DNA of 64,000 bases from Candidatus Cloacimonadota bacterium (GTDB lineage Bacteria > Cloacimonadota > Cloacimonadia > JGIOTU-2). The position numbers and the translations under genes are program-made. This document shows positions 41,357-52,306 of the stretch, in pieces (position 1 is the first letter of the stretch; each line of letters begins with the position of its first letter). The notes beneath the pieces are model-generated. The model was not told the DNA's origin. It ran no database searches and saw only the letters and a list, made by a program, of their open reading frames with translations. The DNA is taken from NCBI GenBank assembly GCA_049903315.1, contig JBNGBT010000001.1:64001-128000 (forward strand), in the 5' to 3' direction.

Positions 41357-43774
41357 TTATTCGTACCTTATTATATTTGCCGGATTGGAATGAGCTGCTT
41401 TCAGTGTCTGAAAACTCACGGTTATGATAGAAGCAAGCACAGAAATAACGGCAGCAATAATAAAAGTAAGCATGTTGAGGTTGACGCGATAGGAAAATCC
41501 CTGTAACCATTGCCGTGAAGCAAACCACGCAAGAGGTAGTGCCACAATATTGGCAATCAGAACGAGTTTTAAGAAATTAAATACGAGCAATCGTATAACG
41601 CTTGAGGAGCTTGCACCAAGTATTCTTCGGATGCTGATTTCTTTCATCTTTTGAGAGATAGAGTAGCTGGCGAGTCCGAACAATCCAAGGCATGCCACAA
41701 AAATTGCAAATCCAGAAAAGATATTTACGACCATTCCTGTTCTGATATCACGTCTGTAGAGATTATCGATTGACTCATCCAAGAATTGGAAATTCATAGG
41801 CTTGTCCGGGAAAAGGTCTTTCCACGAAGTATTTATATAATCCATCGCATTATGAAGATGCCCCTCCTTGATCCGGGCAACAACTGTACTACCCGTGGAA
41901 TCTGCAAGTTTGAAAATGACGATCGGCTCGATGGGTTGCTGAAGTCCATCGGTATGGAAATCTCTCACCACACCGATTACTTCAGAACCAAGACTGTCCG
42001 TATCTCCGAAAAATATCCTTTTTCCAACAGGTATGTCCCAACCAAGCTGACGGGTAGCAGTCTGATTAATGAGTACTCGCGTCCCGATATGAGCATCGAG
42101 TTCTTTATCAAAATTTCTTCCCTCGGCAATTTTCATATCCATTGTAGGGATAAATTCAGGGCTGATTGAGAAATTTCTCCAGATGAATATATCTTCTTCA
42201 GAGGTTCCTTCCGGATTCACCCCGGTTCTTCCAAAGGTTCTGCCTGGCAGGTTCGATGTGCGAGCAGTATTTTCTATGCCTGTATGTTCATGGAGTAGAG
42301 ATCTGAAGGTTTCAATATTATTATATAGTTCCTGATCTCTCATATTGAAGGATACTATTTGTTCTTTATTATAACCTAAATCTTTTGTATGAATAAAGTG
42401 CATCTGCTGTTGAATAATAATGCTCAATCCTATAAGCGCAATCGAAAGAGTGAACTGGAAGATAACCAGTATTTTTCGGAGTAGCACACCACCTTTGCTT
42501 TTCTGATAGGAACCTTTCAGAATAGTTACAGGCTTGAAGCTGGAGAGAATAAATGCAGGATACAAACCTGCCACTACACCGATAAAAGTCCAGATTGCAA
42601 GTATGGGCAGGATCAATCTTTGCAGTATTCCAAAATTAAAAGTGATTGAGGTTCCTGCAATATTGTTAAGAAACGGGATGGTAATATCAACAAGAGGTAT
42701 TGCAAGGATGATAGAAATAAAGGAAATAAACAGGGATTCACCAATAAACTGACCCCGGAGCTGCGACAGGTTTGACCCGACAACTTTTCGCATACCCACT
42801 TCTTTTGATCGCTGCATGCTTCGGGCAGTGGAAAGGTTCATATAATTAACCGCAGCGATAAGAAGGATGAGAAATACTATCGCTGAGAAGATATAGATGT
42901 TCTTAATATCTCCTTTATTGCCGATCGGGTCGAAAATGATGTCTGTCGAGTGAAGATGTACATCCCGGATAGGTTGCAATGTGATCTCGAAATTTTCGCT
43001 CACATCGTTCTCACGACACAAGGTGGTGAGTCTTTCCGGCAATCCTTCTGCGGATGCTCCTTCTCTGAGCAATATGTAGGTGGGCATCGCAACAAGTCCC
43101 CAGCTTTCAAGCCAAATGGGCTGAGTAGATCCCTCCGGCTGATTTGCCCGGGCAAGAGACTCAAATGTGGAAAGCGACACAAGGGCATCAAAGGTAAAAT
43201 GAGTGTTGCTGGGCATGTCTTCCATGATGCCTGTTACTGTCAGAATGAGTCCGCCGCCTGCATCGAGTTCTTCATTAAAGGCAGGCCTGTTTTTAAATAT
43301 CATTTCTGCCAGAGATTCCGAAAGCACTATAGAATAGGGCTCAACAAGGGCTGTTTCTCTATTTCCAAGAATGAGAGAATAATCGAATAATTGAAAAAAA
43401 TTAGCGTCAGCTGCCCGCGCATTATCACTCGTGATGCCTTCTTCACCATTATATTGAAATACGGATTGTCTTCCACCTGATATGCGAAGTGCGTCCTCGA
43501 TTTCGGGAATATTTTCCTTCATTGCCGGACCAAGAGGGGGCATCGTGATCCCCACGCGCTGTTTGTTCGTCCCCAGTGCGCTATCTATGGTAAGAACGCG
43601 ATATAATCTGTCTGCGTTGGAATGCATATTCTCATATGAATATTCGTATCGTATGAATAGAACAATAAGCAAGCATGCGGTAATGCCGATCGTCAAACCG
43701 AGTATGTTGATGACAGAAAAAGCCTTATGCCGAAGAATATTTCTTAATGCAATCTTTAAATAATTCTTAATCAT
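41357..43774 (-). CDS. MacB/FtsX-type duplicated ABC permease
   Basis: 805 aa; VNYMNLSTARSMQRSKEVGMRK; ends IRYE. Confidence 0.93.
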   Translation of the reverse strand: MIKNYLKIALRNILRHKAFSVINILGLTIGITACLLIVLFIRYEYSYENMHSNADRLYRVLTIDSALGTNKQRVGITMPPLGPAMKENIPEIEDALRISGGRQSVFQYNGEEGITSDNARAADANFFQLFDYSLILGNRETALVEPYSIVLSESLAEMIFKNRPAFNEELDAGGGLILTVTGIMEDMPSNTHFTFDALVSLSTFESLARANQPEGSTQPIWLESWGLVAMPTYILLREGASAEGLPERLTTLCRENDVSENFEITLQPIRDVHLHSTDIIFDPIGNKGDIKNIYIFSAIVFLILLIAAVNYMNLSTARSMQRSKEVGMRKVVGSNLSQLRGQFIGESLFISFISIILAIPLVDITIPFLNNIAGTSITFNFGILQRLILPILAIWTFIGVVAGLYPAFILSSFKPVTILKGSYQKSKGGVLLRKILVIFQFTLSIALIGLSIIIQQQMHFIHTKDLGYNKEQIVSFNMRDQELYNNIETFRSLLHEHTGIENTARTSNLPGRTFGRTGVNPEGTSEEDIFIWRNFSISPEFIPTMDMKIAEGRNFDKELDAHIGTRVLINQTATRQLGWDIPVGKRIFFGDTDSLGSEVIGVVRDFHTDGLQQPIEPIVIFKLADSTGSTVVARIKEGHLHNAMDYINTSWKDLFPDKPMNFQFLDESIDNLYRRDIRTGMVVNIFSGFAIFVACLGLFGLASYSISQKMKEISIRRILGASSSSVIRLLVFNFLKLVLIANIVALPLAWFASRQWLQGFSYRVNLNMLTFIIAAVISVLASIITVSFQTLKAAHSNPANIIRYE

Positions 43775-43785
43775 AGAATATTACC

Positions 43786-46119
43786 TTATTCATATTTTAT
43801 TGTATCAATTGGATTTGAATTTGCTGCCTTAAAGGTGTAGTAACTCACTGCAATAATTGCCAGAATGAATTGTGCTAATATCGGCAATATGAAATCCGTG
43901 ATACTGAGATTGATATGATATGCAAATCCCTTTAGAAATGCTTTTGAGAAATAAATCGCAATGGGTATTGATATTACTGTTGCAATTGCTACCCAACGCA
44001 GAAATTTTGCTGTCAAAAGAAAGATAACTCCACGAATGGATGAGCCGAAAACCTTTCTGATGCTAACCTCTTTTGATCTTTGCTCCGTAATATAAGATGA
44101 GAGACCAAACAAACCCAGGCCAGAAATAAACATCGCCAGCACAGCAAAATAACTCATAATAGATCGTGAACGTTGAATACTTCTGTACTGAGCTTCGATC
44201 GTCTCATCAACGAATTTGTATTCAACTGGATATTCCGGAACTATCTCACTTAGTTTTCCTTCAATATATTCAAGTGTACTTTTTACATTGTTGGGTTCAA
44301 GACTAATAAACATCTCATTGCGGAACCAATCCAATTGCGTTATTAGTTGTGGTTGAATGTCTTGTTCCAAAGGTCTATTATGAAAATCTTTGACTACTCC
44401 GACAATATATCCGTCTTCTCCACCCATACTGAATTTCTTACCAATCGGATCATTCATACCCATCATTTTTACTGCTGCTTCATTAACTATGTATTCAATT
44501 TCAGGATGTACGCCTGTATCTTTTTGGAAATCTCCACCTGCCGTAAAAGGTATTTCAAACATGTCGATATATTCCCTATCTGTATAAAGACATCTGAAAA
44601 GAACTCTGTCATCAGTTTCTTTACCTTCCCAACTAACGGAATTGACATACTTGACTGATGCCGGATTGGTGCTGGCAGTAGTAATGGATTTTATGCTTGG
44701 ATTCTTTAGCAGTTCTTCTTTTATTGTTTCATATTTCTTGGAATATCTACTAAAAAAATTCAGCGATATGATCGAATCTTTCTTTAAACCCAAATCTTTA
44801 TTGTTTATATAATTTAACTGATGAACTATCACAAATGTCAGAATTATTAGCGCTACAGAAATTGTGAACTGGAAAACAACGAGGACATTTCTGAATTTTC
44901 TCATTGCTTTTGAACTAAAATAAGCTTTGAAAACTTTGATCGGGTTGTAGGAAGATAGAAATAGAGCCGGATAAATGCCTGATATTATTCCTGTAAATAA
45001 TAATAATATTGGAAATCCCAGAAGAATGAGATTGTTGTTAAGTTGGAACTGTATTGCTTTTCCAGTTAATTCATTGAATTCAGGCAGCAATAATTCTATC
45101 AGAACAAGTGAAACAATCATAGCAAACAAGGTGATCATCACAGATTCGAGAAGGAACTGGTAAATGAGTTGTTTTTTTTGAGCTCCAACGACTTTCCTCA
45201 CACCAACTTCCCTGGCTCGTTTCACCGATCTGGCAGTTGTCAGGTTCACAAAATTTATGCAGGCAAGAAAAAGAATAATTAGCCCAATAGCACTGAAAAC
45301 AAGAACAAGATTCATCCCTTCCAGTTTGTCGTTTGCGGAGAAAAGATGTACTCGTGAAAGGGATTGAAGATAGAGCATATCTTTATCTATGTCTCGAGGG
45401 CTGTAATCAACCAAAGCCGTTCTGAATTTTTCTCTGAAAGAATCTAACGATATATTATCGTGCAATTCAATAAAGCCGGAACTTCCCCAACTCCAAGGAT
45501 CTCCTTGTCCGCCCGTAACAGCAAAGGGCATAATATAATCAAAATAAATGGATGATTTCTCCGGGCAGTCTTCGATAATTCCGGTTACTGTAAAAGGAAC
45601 GCTATTATTGATCATCAAAGATTTACCCATAGCTGGTTCTTTTCCAAAAAACTTCTCTGCTGAAGATTTCGTTAAAATAATCGATGTTATTTCTGTAAGG
45701 GCAGTTTGCGGATTGCCTTCAATTAGTGGAAAAGAAAACATCTCCAGAAAATTAGATTCCGCTAAAAGGAAATTGTCCTCCTGGAATGTTTTATTCTCGT
45801 AGGTTAGAATAAGATCATTTATCGAATGGATCCGGGCAGCATTCTTCACTTCCGAAAAGTTTTCCAGGATAACCGGGACCAATTGATTGGGAATTGTTCT
45901 TCCAACAGAAACTGGAGATGTATCTTCATTGATCATGGAAATCTGATAAATATTATCGAGATTATCATGGAATTTGTCGAACTGTAACTCATCCTGTACC
46001 CATAATAACAAAAGTAAACTTACAGCCATTCCTAATGCTAAACCCAAGACATTGATGAAAGAAAATCCCTTATACCGCAGGATATTTCTAAACGCGATTT
46101 TAAAATAATTTTTAAACAT
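43786..46119 (-). CDS. MacB/FtsX-type duplicated ABC permease
   Basis: 777 aa; INFVNLTTARSVKRAREVGVRK; ends IKYE. Confidence 0.93.
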   Translation of the reverse strand: MFKNYFKIAFRNILRYKGFSFINVLGLALGMAVSLLLLLWVQDELQFDKFHDNLDNIYQISMINEDTSPVSVGRTIPNQLVPVILENFSEVKNAARIHSINDLILTYENKTFQEDNFLLAESNFLEMFSFPLIEGNPQTALTEITSIILTKSSAEKFFGKEPAMGKSLMINNSVPFTVTGIIEDCPEKSSIYFDYIMPFAVTGGQGDPWSWGSSGFIELHDNISLDSFREKFRTALVDYSPRDIDKDMLYLQSLSRVHLFSANDKLEGMNLVLVFSAIGLIILFLACINFVNLTTARSVKRAREVGVRKVVGAQKKQLIYQFLLESVMITLFAMIVSLVLIELLLPEFNELTGKAIQFQLNNNLILLGFPILLLFTGIISGIYPALFLSSYNPIKVFKAYFSSKAMRKFRNVLVVFQFTISVALIILTFVIVHQLNYINNKDLGLKKDSIISLNFFSRYSKKYETIKEELLKNPSIKSITTASTNPASVKYVNSVSWEGKETDDRVLFRCLYTDREYIDMFEIPFTAGGDFQKDTGVHPEIEYIVNEAAVKMMGMNDPIGKKFSMGGEDGYIVGVVKDFHNRPLEQDIQPQLITQLDWFRNEMFISLEPNNVKSTLEYIEGKLSEIVPEYPVEYKFVDETIEAQYRSIQRSRSIMSYFAVLAMFISGLGLFGLSSYITEQRSKEVSIRKVFGSSIRGVIFLLTAKFLRWVAIATVISIPIAIYFSKAFLKGFAYHINLSITDFILPILAQFILAIIAVSYYTFKAANSNPIDTIKYE

Positions 46120-46155
46120 TTATTACCACCTAATAATAGTACACATTAAGATCAT

Positions 46156-47370
46156 TTAAAAAGTTTCAAACCACTCTATTGTTCCGAAAATTGCAGATTG
46201 CCCCGAGCTCTCATGAGTGCCGTTCGGTATTACGGTTAAAATAATATTAATTGCGTCGTTTGCCGTTAAGTTCTCTATAGCTGTATAAGCATTTTGAATA
46301 GGGACAATTTCATCTGATTCCCCATGAAAGAAATGAATCGTGGTTTGTGGTGCCCAATCTAATACTGTATTATCCTGAATTACAGAAAGGAAATCCTGCT
46401 CATTTCCGTTATTAACGTCTGAGATAAATGCTGAATTCATTAATTCGGAGAATGAAGATGGCAGATGATTAACGATTTCACCCCATGTGAGAGACCCATC
46501 AAACAAATCGGGCATCATAGATGCATAAGGTTCATTAAAGAAATCATCCAATCGGTTCCAATTGTATAATGTATTGTAGGATGTTAAAATGAATGCAACA
46601 TATGCAGGATTGCTGTATGAGTTTGATTGAAAAATTGTCTGCATCATCCCTTCCAGGTCATAAGGACCCGAAGATGGTGAAACAGCAGTCAGATTAAATT
46701 CCGAAGTGTATTTCTCTTCAATAACCTTCTGAGTTACTAACGTCACATATCCGCCCTCGGAATAACCTGTCAGGAATGTTCTTCCATCCAAAACAATTTG
46801 ATTCTCTGAGCAGTATATTTTTCCGGAACGCATAAAATCTATTACAGATGGAACCAGAGATTCGGCATGCATGTAAGGATGCATCACATTCGAGACTCCA
46901 AAACCTAAGTAATCGGGAATTAAAACCACATACCCCATAGATGCCATTATTAATCCGACAAAACCTTCTACTGAATTTACCGTTGATACAGATGCTACCA
47001 AATCCCTTTTTGTTTCTGTTCCATGTTGAATACTTACCATTGGTAAATCGGTAATTCCTTGTGGAACGAGAATAGCTCCTGAGGCAATTTGTTCTATGCC
47101 GCTTCCATCAATTGTATAATAAGTTACAGAGATCGCTTCAACAGAATGAGATAAAGTAAACGGTATTGCAAGCTCTACACTTGCGAGCAATTGTTGAATA
47201 TCATTTACCGTCATGGTAGCCATACTTACTACATTTTCAATTTCACCCCTTTCATGAATTTCCGGTTCGAAGGGAATTTTCTTAGATTCATCGCATCCTT
47301 GAAATGTAATTGATATAAGCAGGACAAAAAACAGGAAAAGAACAATTCTAAAATTAAATTTGTGATACAT
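46156..47370 (-). CDS. Alpha/beta hydrolase (secretory lipase-like), probable lipoprotein
   Basis: QHGT, PDYLGFG, GYSEGG nucleophile elbow, HGESDEIVP, GTH; start MYHKF at 47370 after GGAG; signal ending FQGC. Confidence 0.85.
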   Translation of the reverse strand: MYHKFNFRIVLFLFFVLLISITFQGCDESKKIPFEPEIHERGEIENVVSMATMTVNDIQQLLASVELAIPFTLSHSVEAISVTYYTIDGSGIEQIASGAILVPQGITDLPMVSIQHGTETKRDLVASVSTVNSVEGFVGLIMASMGYVVLIPDYLGFGVSNVMHPYMHAESLVPSVIDFMRSGKIYCSENQIVLDGRTFLTGYSEGGYVTLVTQKVIEEKYTSEFNLTAVSPSSGPYDLEGMMQTIFQSNSYSNPAYVAFILTSYNTLYNWNRLDDFFNEPYASMMPDLFDGSLTWGEIVNHLPSSFSELMNSAFISDVNNGNEQDFLSVIQDNTVLDWAPQTTIHFFHGESDEIVPIQNAYTAIENLTANDAINIILTVIPNGTHESSGQSAIFGTIEWFETF

Positions 47371-47554
47371 GATTTTTTTCTCCAATATAAATTTTGATAG
47401 TGTAAAATCCATCACCTTGTATAAATGATTTTACCAATTTCGATTTATCCGAATGCTGCAGAATGAATTCCCATATATTTCTATGAAATCTTACTCCGCA
47501 GTAACGGCAATTTTTATCCGTAAGTTTTTCATTTGATGAATAATTTCTAAACAT
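47354..47554 (-). pseudogene. Chimeric stub: permease start (MFRNY) fused to a decayed DUF6144-like C-terminus
   Basis: RYCGVRFHRNIWEFILQHSDKSKLVKSFIQGDGFYTIKIY aligns with CYCGAGYYKDIWEYILHKEVEVKIIKSIMKGDDVCQIAIY of 28522-29205. Confidence 0.7.
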
Positions 47555-47607
47555 ATTACATTCTCTTATTCATATTTAATTGATTTGACCGGGTTGAGGT
47601 TTGCTGC
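47540..47607. repeat. Junction direct repeat B, copy 1
   Basis: 65/68 identical to 49888-49955. Confidence 0.92.
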
Positions 47608-49902
47608 TTTAATCGTTTGGAGGCTGATCATCGCGAGAGAAATGATGAGGGTGATACTCCCAGCTATTATGAATATCATTACTCCAACGGTTATTCTAAA
47701 AGCAAAATGTTCAAGCCATTTATGCATTATGACATAGGCAACTGGAAGGGCGATCAGGTCTGCCAGGACGACCCATTTTGTGAATTGAGTAGAAAGTAAT
47801 TTAACGACTTGAGATGCAGAAGAGCCGAGTACTTTACGGATTCCGATCTCTTTTGTTCGCTGTTGGATCATGAAGGTAGATAAGCCAAGTAATCCAAGGC
47901 ATGAAATAATAATTGCAAAAATAGCAAAATATCTGAAGAGTATTCCCAGGCTTATATCGGATTGATAAAGCTCATCAAATTCTTCATCCAGAAAACTATA
48001 CTCAAAAAGAAATTCTGGTGCGATTTGTGTGCTTACTTTTTCGATATAATCCAGTGTTTGCTCTATGTTTGATCCGGAAATTTTTATTGCAATATGGTTA
48101 TCCCACTCAGGTACTGCCACCAAAGCAAGAGGTCTAATATTATTATGAAGTGATTGAAAATTGAAATCCTTTACCACTCCTTTAATGGTACCGTTGACAA
48201 AGGATTTTCCAACAGGATCTTCAATACCTGCGATCTTAACTGCGGTTTCATTCAATATATATTCAAATGCTTCTTCATCATTATATGAATTTTTTGTATA
48301 AAATTCTCCCTCCGCCATTTCAAGGCCGAAGGTGCTTATAAAATCTTTGTCGCAAGAGATGAGGGGAAGGCTGAGAGATGTCTCACCATTATTTCCTTCC
48401 CAGTTCTCAACAGTCATGCTCCATTTAGCTGCCATCCCAAGTTTGCTGGATGTTCGTGTCACACTTGCTATTTGTGGATTCTTTAAAAGTTCAGCTTTGA
48501 ACGCATCATATCTTTCATAGTATGCGTTGTTAAGAGGTAGATAGACAATATTTTCATCATCAAAACCAAGGTTTCTGGAACGTATGAATTGTATTTGCTT
48601 AGACACAACAATGGTTGAGAAAATAAGGATTGTGGATAAGGTGAACTGGAGTACGACCAAAGCTTTCCTGAGAAATGAAGAGTTACCTCTTAGGTTTCCT
48701 TTAAGAACGCTTATTGGTTTGAAAGACGAAAGGAGAAACGCAGGATATAATCCGGAGATAAATCCTGTAAATAATGTGATACCTATAAGAGAAATGAGTG
48801 TTGTACAACTCAATAATTTGAAATGTAATTGTTTATCCGCCAGCCCATTAAAAACCGGAATGAGAATTTCTACGAGAATGACGGCAAGGATAAGAGCAAA
48901 AAAAGCGAGTAAAAGAGATTCTGATATGAACTGGATCTTTAATTGATTCCGCAATGCTCCTACAACCTTACGGACTCCAATTTCACGAGCTCTCTGCATT
49001 GAACGGACAGTGGAAAGATTCATGAAATTTATACAGGCGATCAATAGAATGAAAAAGGCAATTGATGAAAAAATGTAGACATAGATCATCTTACCTGGGC
49101 TGCCATCAAGGTTGTACAAATGGATCGATGTCAGAGGTTGAAGAAAGAACTCACGTCCGAGTTCCGGAATAATTTCATCAATGCAGAGGTTGATATTCTC
49201 CTCAACCTTTTGTACTGATGCTTTATCATTCAAAAGTAAAAAAGTATTAAAACCAAAATCTCCCCATTCGTCCTCACCTCCATAACCCATGATCTCTGGC
49301 AAGCGGCTGAATTGTATTAGGAAATCAAATTCCAAATGGCTTCCTGCAGAAAGCGGTTTTAACACACCATCAACCCGTAGGTCGATTTGGTTATCTATAT
49401 TAATAATTTTTCCAATTGGATTTTCTTCAGGAAAGAAGATATCTGCCATCTCTTGTGAAATCACTGCTGATTGAAGATCGGTAAGAGATGAAGATGGATT
49501 GCCCTGTGCAAAGGGAAGGGTGAAAATATTAAAAATACTGTTGTCTGTATAACCAGCTTTTACCTTTAATTTTTTTTCTCCAACACTTACAAGTACCATT
49601 CCTTCATTATGAAATCTCGCAGCGTCTTCTATTTCGGGATATCTCTCTTTGATGGTTTGCGCCATAGGGGGTGGTGTCCTCCAGTGTTGCATGTGTCTTC
49701 CATTTGAGATGTAAGAGAAATTAACCCGATAGATTCTTTCAGCATTTTCATTGAATCTGTCATAGTTGTACTCATCTTGAATCCAAAGTAGTATCAAGAT
49801 GCACACAGCCATGCCAATGGCAAGTCCAGCAATATTTATGAACGAAAATCCTTTTTTTCTGGAAATATTTCTAAAGGCGATGATTATATAATTTCTTAAC
49901 AT
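47566..49902 (-). CDS. MacB/FtsX-type duplicated ABC permease
   Basis: 778 aa; INFMNLSTVRSMQRAREIGVRK; ends NLNPVKSIKYE. Confidence 0.93.
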   Translation of the reverse strand: MLRNYIIIAFRNISRKKGFSFINIAGLAIGMAVCILILLWIQDEYNYDRFNENAERIYRVNFSYISNGRHMQHWRTPPPMAQTIKERYPEIEDAARFHNEGMVLVSVGEKKLKVKAGYTDNSIFNIFTLPFAQGNPSSSLTDLQSAVISQEMADIFFPEENPIGKIINIDNQIDLRVDGVLKPLSAGSHLEFDFLIQFSRLPEIMGYGGEDEWGDFGFNTFLLLNDKASVQKVEENINLCIDEIIPELGREFFLQPLTSIHLYNLDGSPGKMIYVYIFSSIAFFILLIACINFMNLSTVRSMQRAREIGVRKVVGALRNQLKIQFISESLLLAFFALILAVILVEILIPVFNGLADKQLHFKLLSCTTLISLIGITLFTGFISGLYPAFLLSSFKPISVLKGNLRGNSSFLRKALVVLQFTLSTILIFSTIVVSKQIQFIRSRNLGFDDENIVYLPLNNAYYERYDAFKAELLKNPQIASVTRTSSKLGMAAKWSMTVENWEGNNGETSLSLPLISCDKDFISTFGLEMAEGEFYTKNSYNDEEAFEYILNETAVKIAGIEDPVGKSFVNGTIKGVVKDFNFQSLHNNIRPLALVAVPEWDNHIAIKISGSNIEQTLDYIEKVSTQIAPEFLFEYSFLDEEFDELYQSDISLGILFRYFAIFAIIISCLGLLGLSTFMIQQRTKEIGIRKVLGSSASQVVKLLSTQFTKWVVLADLIALPVAYVIMHKWLEHFAFRITVGVMIFIIAGSITLIISLAMISLQTIKAANLNPVKSIKYE

Positions 49903-49955
49903 ATTACATACTCTTATTCATATTTAATTGATTTGACCGGATTGAGGTTTGCTGC
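49888..49955. repeat. Junction direct repeat B, copy 2
   Basis: Matches 47540-47607. Confidence 0.92.
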
Positions 49956-52298
49956 CTTTATAGTCTGAAAACTCACCGTGAATGTTGCAATGAGAATGAC
50001 TGCAATACCAGAAAGCACAAAGGTGAGAGGATTGATCGAAGAGCGATAGATGAAACCGTCGATCCACTTGCTCATGGCATACCAAGTTACAGGAATTGCA
50101 AGCACATTGGCTATAAGTACCCACTTGAGGAAGCTTTTAGTGAGTAGGAACGTGATCTTTCGTGAAGAAGCTCCCAGCACTTTTCTGATCCCGACCTCTT
50201 TTGTTCGCTGCTCAGTCATAAAGGAAGATAGTCCCAGCAATCCCATACATGAGATAATGATTGCAATGATAGAGAAAGATCGAATTTGATCAGAGAAATT
50301 ACGCTCTCTGTAAAATTGATAGGAAAACTGCTGGTCAAAACTCTCAATGTGAAGTTCACTATCCGGTACTAATTCGATATGTGCAGACCTGATCTTATCC
50401 AGTGTCTCCTCATCATTACGCCCATCGAGTTTTACCATGGTCTGGTACATTCTCTCATCATATACGATGAACATAGGATTGATATTTCTTTTAACCGTTG
50501 TAAAATTGAAATCCTTTACCACACCTATTACTTCACGCTCTTCAGTCGTCTCATCTTCGTTGAACAACTTCACGATCTTTCCGATCGGTTCATCCCAACC
50601 TGCGTATTTCACCGCTGTTTCATTAAGGATGATCGATCTGAGTGTATCGGTACTTAAATTACGCGAGAAATTTCTTCCTTTTACTAGCTTCATATTCAGA
50701 GCAGGAAATAGATGGTCATCAACGATCAGGCGGTCATACATACAGTCTTTTTCGCCGGATTCAGCGAATGTTTTTATCTGGTATTTCTGCAGCGTCCCAC
50801 CTGGAAGACTTCCTATTGATGTAACATACTCAACACCCGGAATCGAGCTGATCTTATCATTGAAAACCCCTCTATTTTCAGGAATATTAATGTTGGATAT
50901 CAAGTAAACATTTTCTCTATTATATCCAAGATCGACCTTTTGCAGGAATTTCATGTGTTGCCCTGCAATGAGTAATGCAGATATCAGAGAGATTGTGATC
51001 GTGAATTGTCCTACAACGAGGATTTTACGTAGAGCAAGCCCATTTTTGGTTTTGGAAAAAGCACCTTTTAAAACAATTATTGGATTGAAATTCGACATGA
51101 TCAATGCGGGATATAAACCTGCAAGAAGACCAATTATCAAAGGGATAATAATAGTACCTAAAAGGAGATAATTCACTGACAACAAATCAAAGATTCCTCT
51201 GAAAGGTAAATTGAGTATAGGGATGAATATCTCTAGTAATAGCAGAGCAAAAAGTGTAGATATATATGTTATTACTATTGATTCTCCAAGAAACTGCCAC
51301 ATTACTTGTGCACGTTGCCCACCAACTACCTTTCGTACTCCCACTTCCCGGGCTCTACGCATTGCTTTCGCTGTTGTAAGGTTTACATAGTTGAATGATG
51401 CGATAAGCAGAACGAGAAAAGCGATCAAAAGAGAGGTATATACTGACGCAGAATCTTTATGCCCTACATTCATCAGATTGAAACTGAGGTGTTCGGATTT
51501 CAGGTGCATATCCTTCATGGGTATGAATTCTGCGGTCCAAATCTTAGCAAAACCCTTCTCATGGCTGTGCGCGGTTATTTTTTCCTTCAACTCTGTCATA
51601 TTGACATTATCGAGGACTTTTATATATCCGGACAGAGCTGCATTCGTCCAGGAATCCCACCATATTGGATTTAATTCAAGATCAATCGGATAGACCACGC
51701 TGAACCTTATTTGTGTATTCAGCGGAAGATCTTTTATGATGCCTGCAACGAATTTGTCTTCATACCCTGTAAAATAGATTGGTTTTCCTATTGGATTTTC
51801 TTCGCCAAAAAGTCTTTCTGAGAACTCTTCGGTAAGATAAACACCATTGGGATCCATGAGTGGATCTTGATCATTACCCTGAACGATAGGGAAGTTGAAC
51901 ATTTCAAAGAAGTCAGGATCAGCACCGATTAAAAAAGCACCGATTTCTTCAGGAGGTACTTCATCATTACCTACCTCTTTTGTAAATGAGGAACCCATAG
52001 ATGTTATGCGTACAGAATGAGAGACTTCCGGGAAATCTTCTTTTAAGCTTTTAACAAGCGGTCCAGAAGTGATTCCATAAACAATCTGGTTATCCCCTTC
52101 GGAATCCTCTCGAGTTGTTACACGGTATAAATTGTTGATATCTTCATGGAAAGTGTCGTAGGTAAGATCAATGATAACCTGAGATGATATAAGAATGAAA
52201 ATTGCAAGCCCGATTGAGAATCCCAGTATTGTGATGATAGAGAAAGCTTTCTGCCGAACAAGATTTCGAAAGGTGACCGAAACGAAGTTCTTAAACAT
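49914..52298 (-). CDS. MacB/FtsX-type duplicated ABC permease
   Basis: MFKNFVSVTFRN (alternative start 52304); FNYVNLTTAKAMRRAREVGVRK; ends NLNPVKSIKYE. Confidence 0.92.
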   Translation of the reverse strand: MFKNFVSVTFRNLVRQKAFSIITILGFSIGLAIFILISSQVIIDLTYDTFHEDINNLYRVTTREDSEGDNQIVYGITSGPLVKSLKEDFPEVSHSVRITSMGSSFTKEVGNDEVPPEEIGAFLIGADPDFFEMFNFPIVQGNDQDPLMDPNGVYLTEEFSERLFGEENPIGKPIYFTGYEDKFVAGIIKDLPLNTQIRFSVVYPIDLELNPIWWDSWTNAALSGYIKVLDNVNMTELKEKITAHSHEKGFAKIWTAEFIPMKDMHLKSEHLSFNLMNVGHKDSASVYTSLLIAFLVLLIASFNYVNLTTAKAMRRAREVGVRKVVGGQRAQVMWQFLGESIVITYISTLFALLLLEIFIPILNLPFRGIFDLLSVNYLLLGTIIIPLIIGLLAGLYPALIMSNFNPIIVLKGAFSKTKNGLALRKILVVGQFTITISLISALLIAGQHMKFLQKVDLGYNRENVYLISNINIPENRGVFNDKISSIPGVEYVTSIGSLPGGTLQKYQIKTFAESGEKDCMYDRLIVDDHLFPALNMKLVKGRNFSRNLSTDTLRSIILNETAVKYAGWDEPIGKIVKLFNEDETTEEREVIGVVKDFNFTTVKRNINPMFIVYDERMYQTMVKLDGRNDEETLDKIRSAHIELVPDSELHIESFDQQFSYQFYRERNFSDQIRSFSIIAIIISCMGLLGLSSFMTEQRTKEVGIRKVLGASSRKITFLLTKSFLKWVLIANVLAIPVTWYAMSKWIDGFIYRSSINPLTFVLSGIAVILIATFTVSFQTIKAANLNPVKSIKYE

Positions 52299-52306
52299 TG
52301 CCATTC

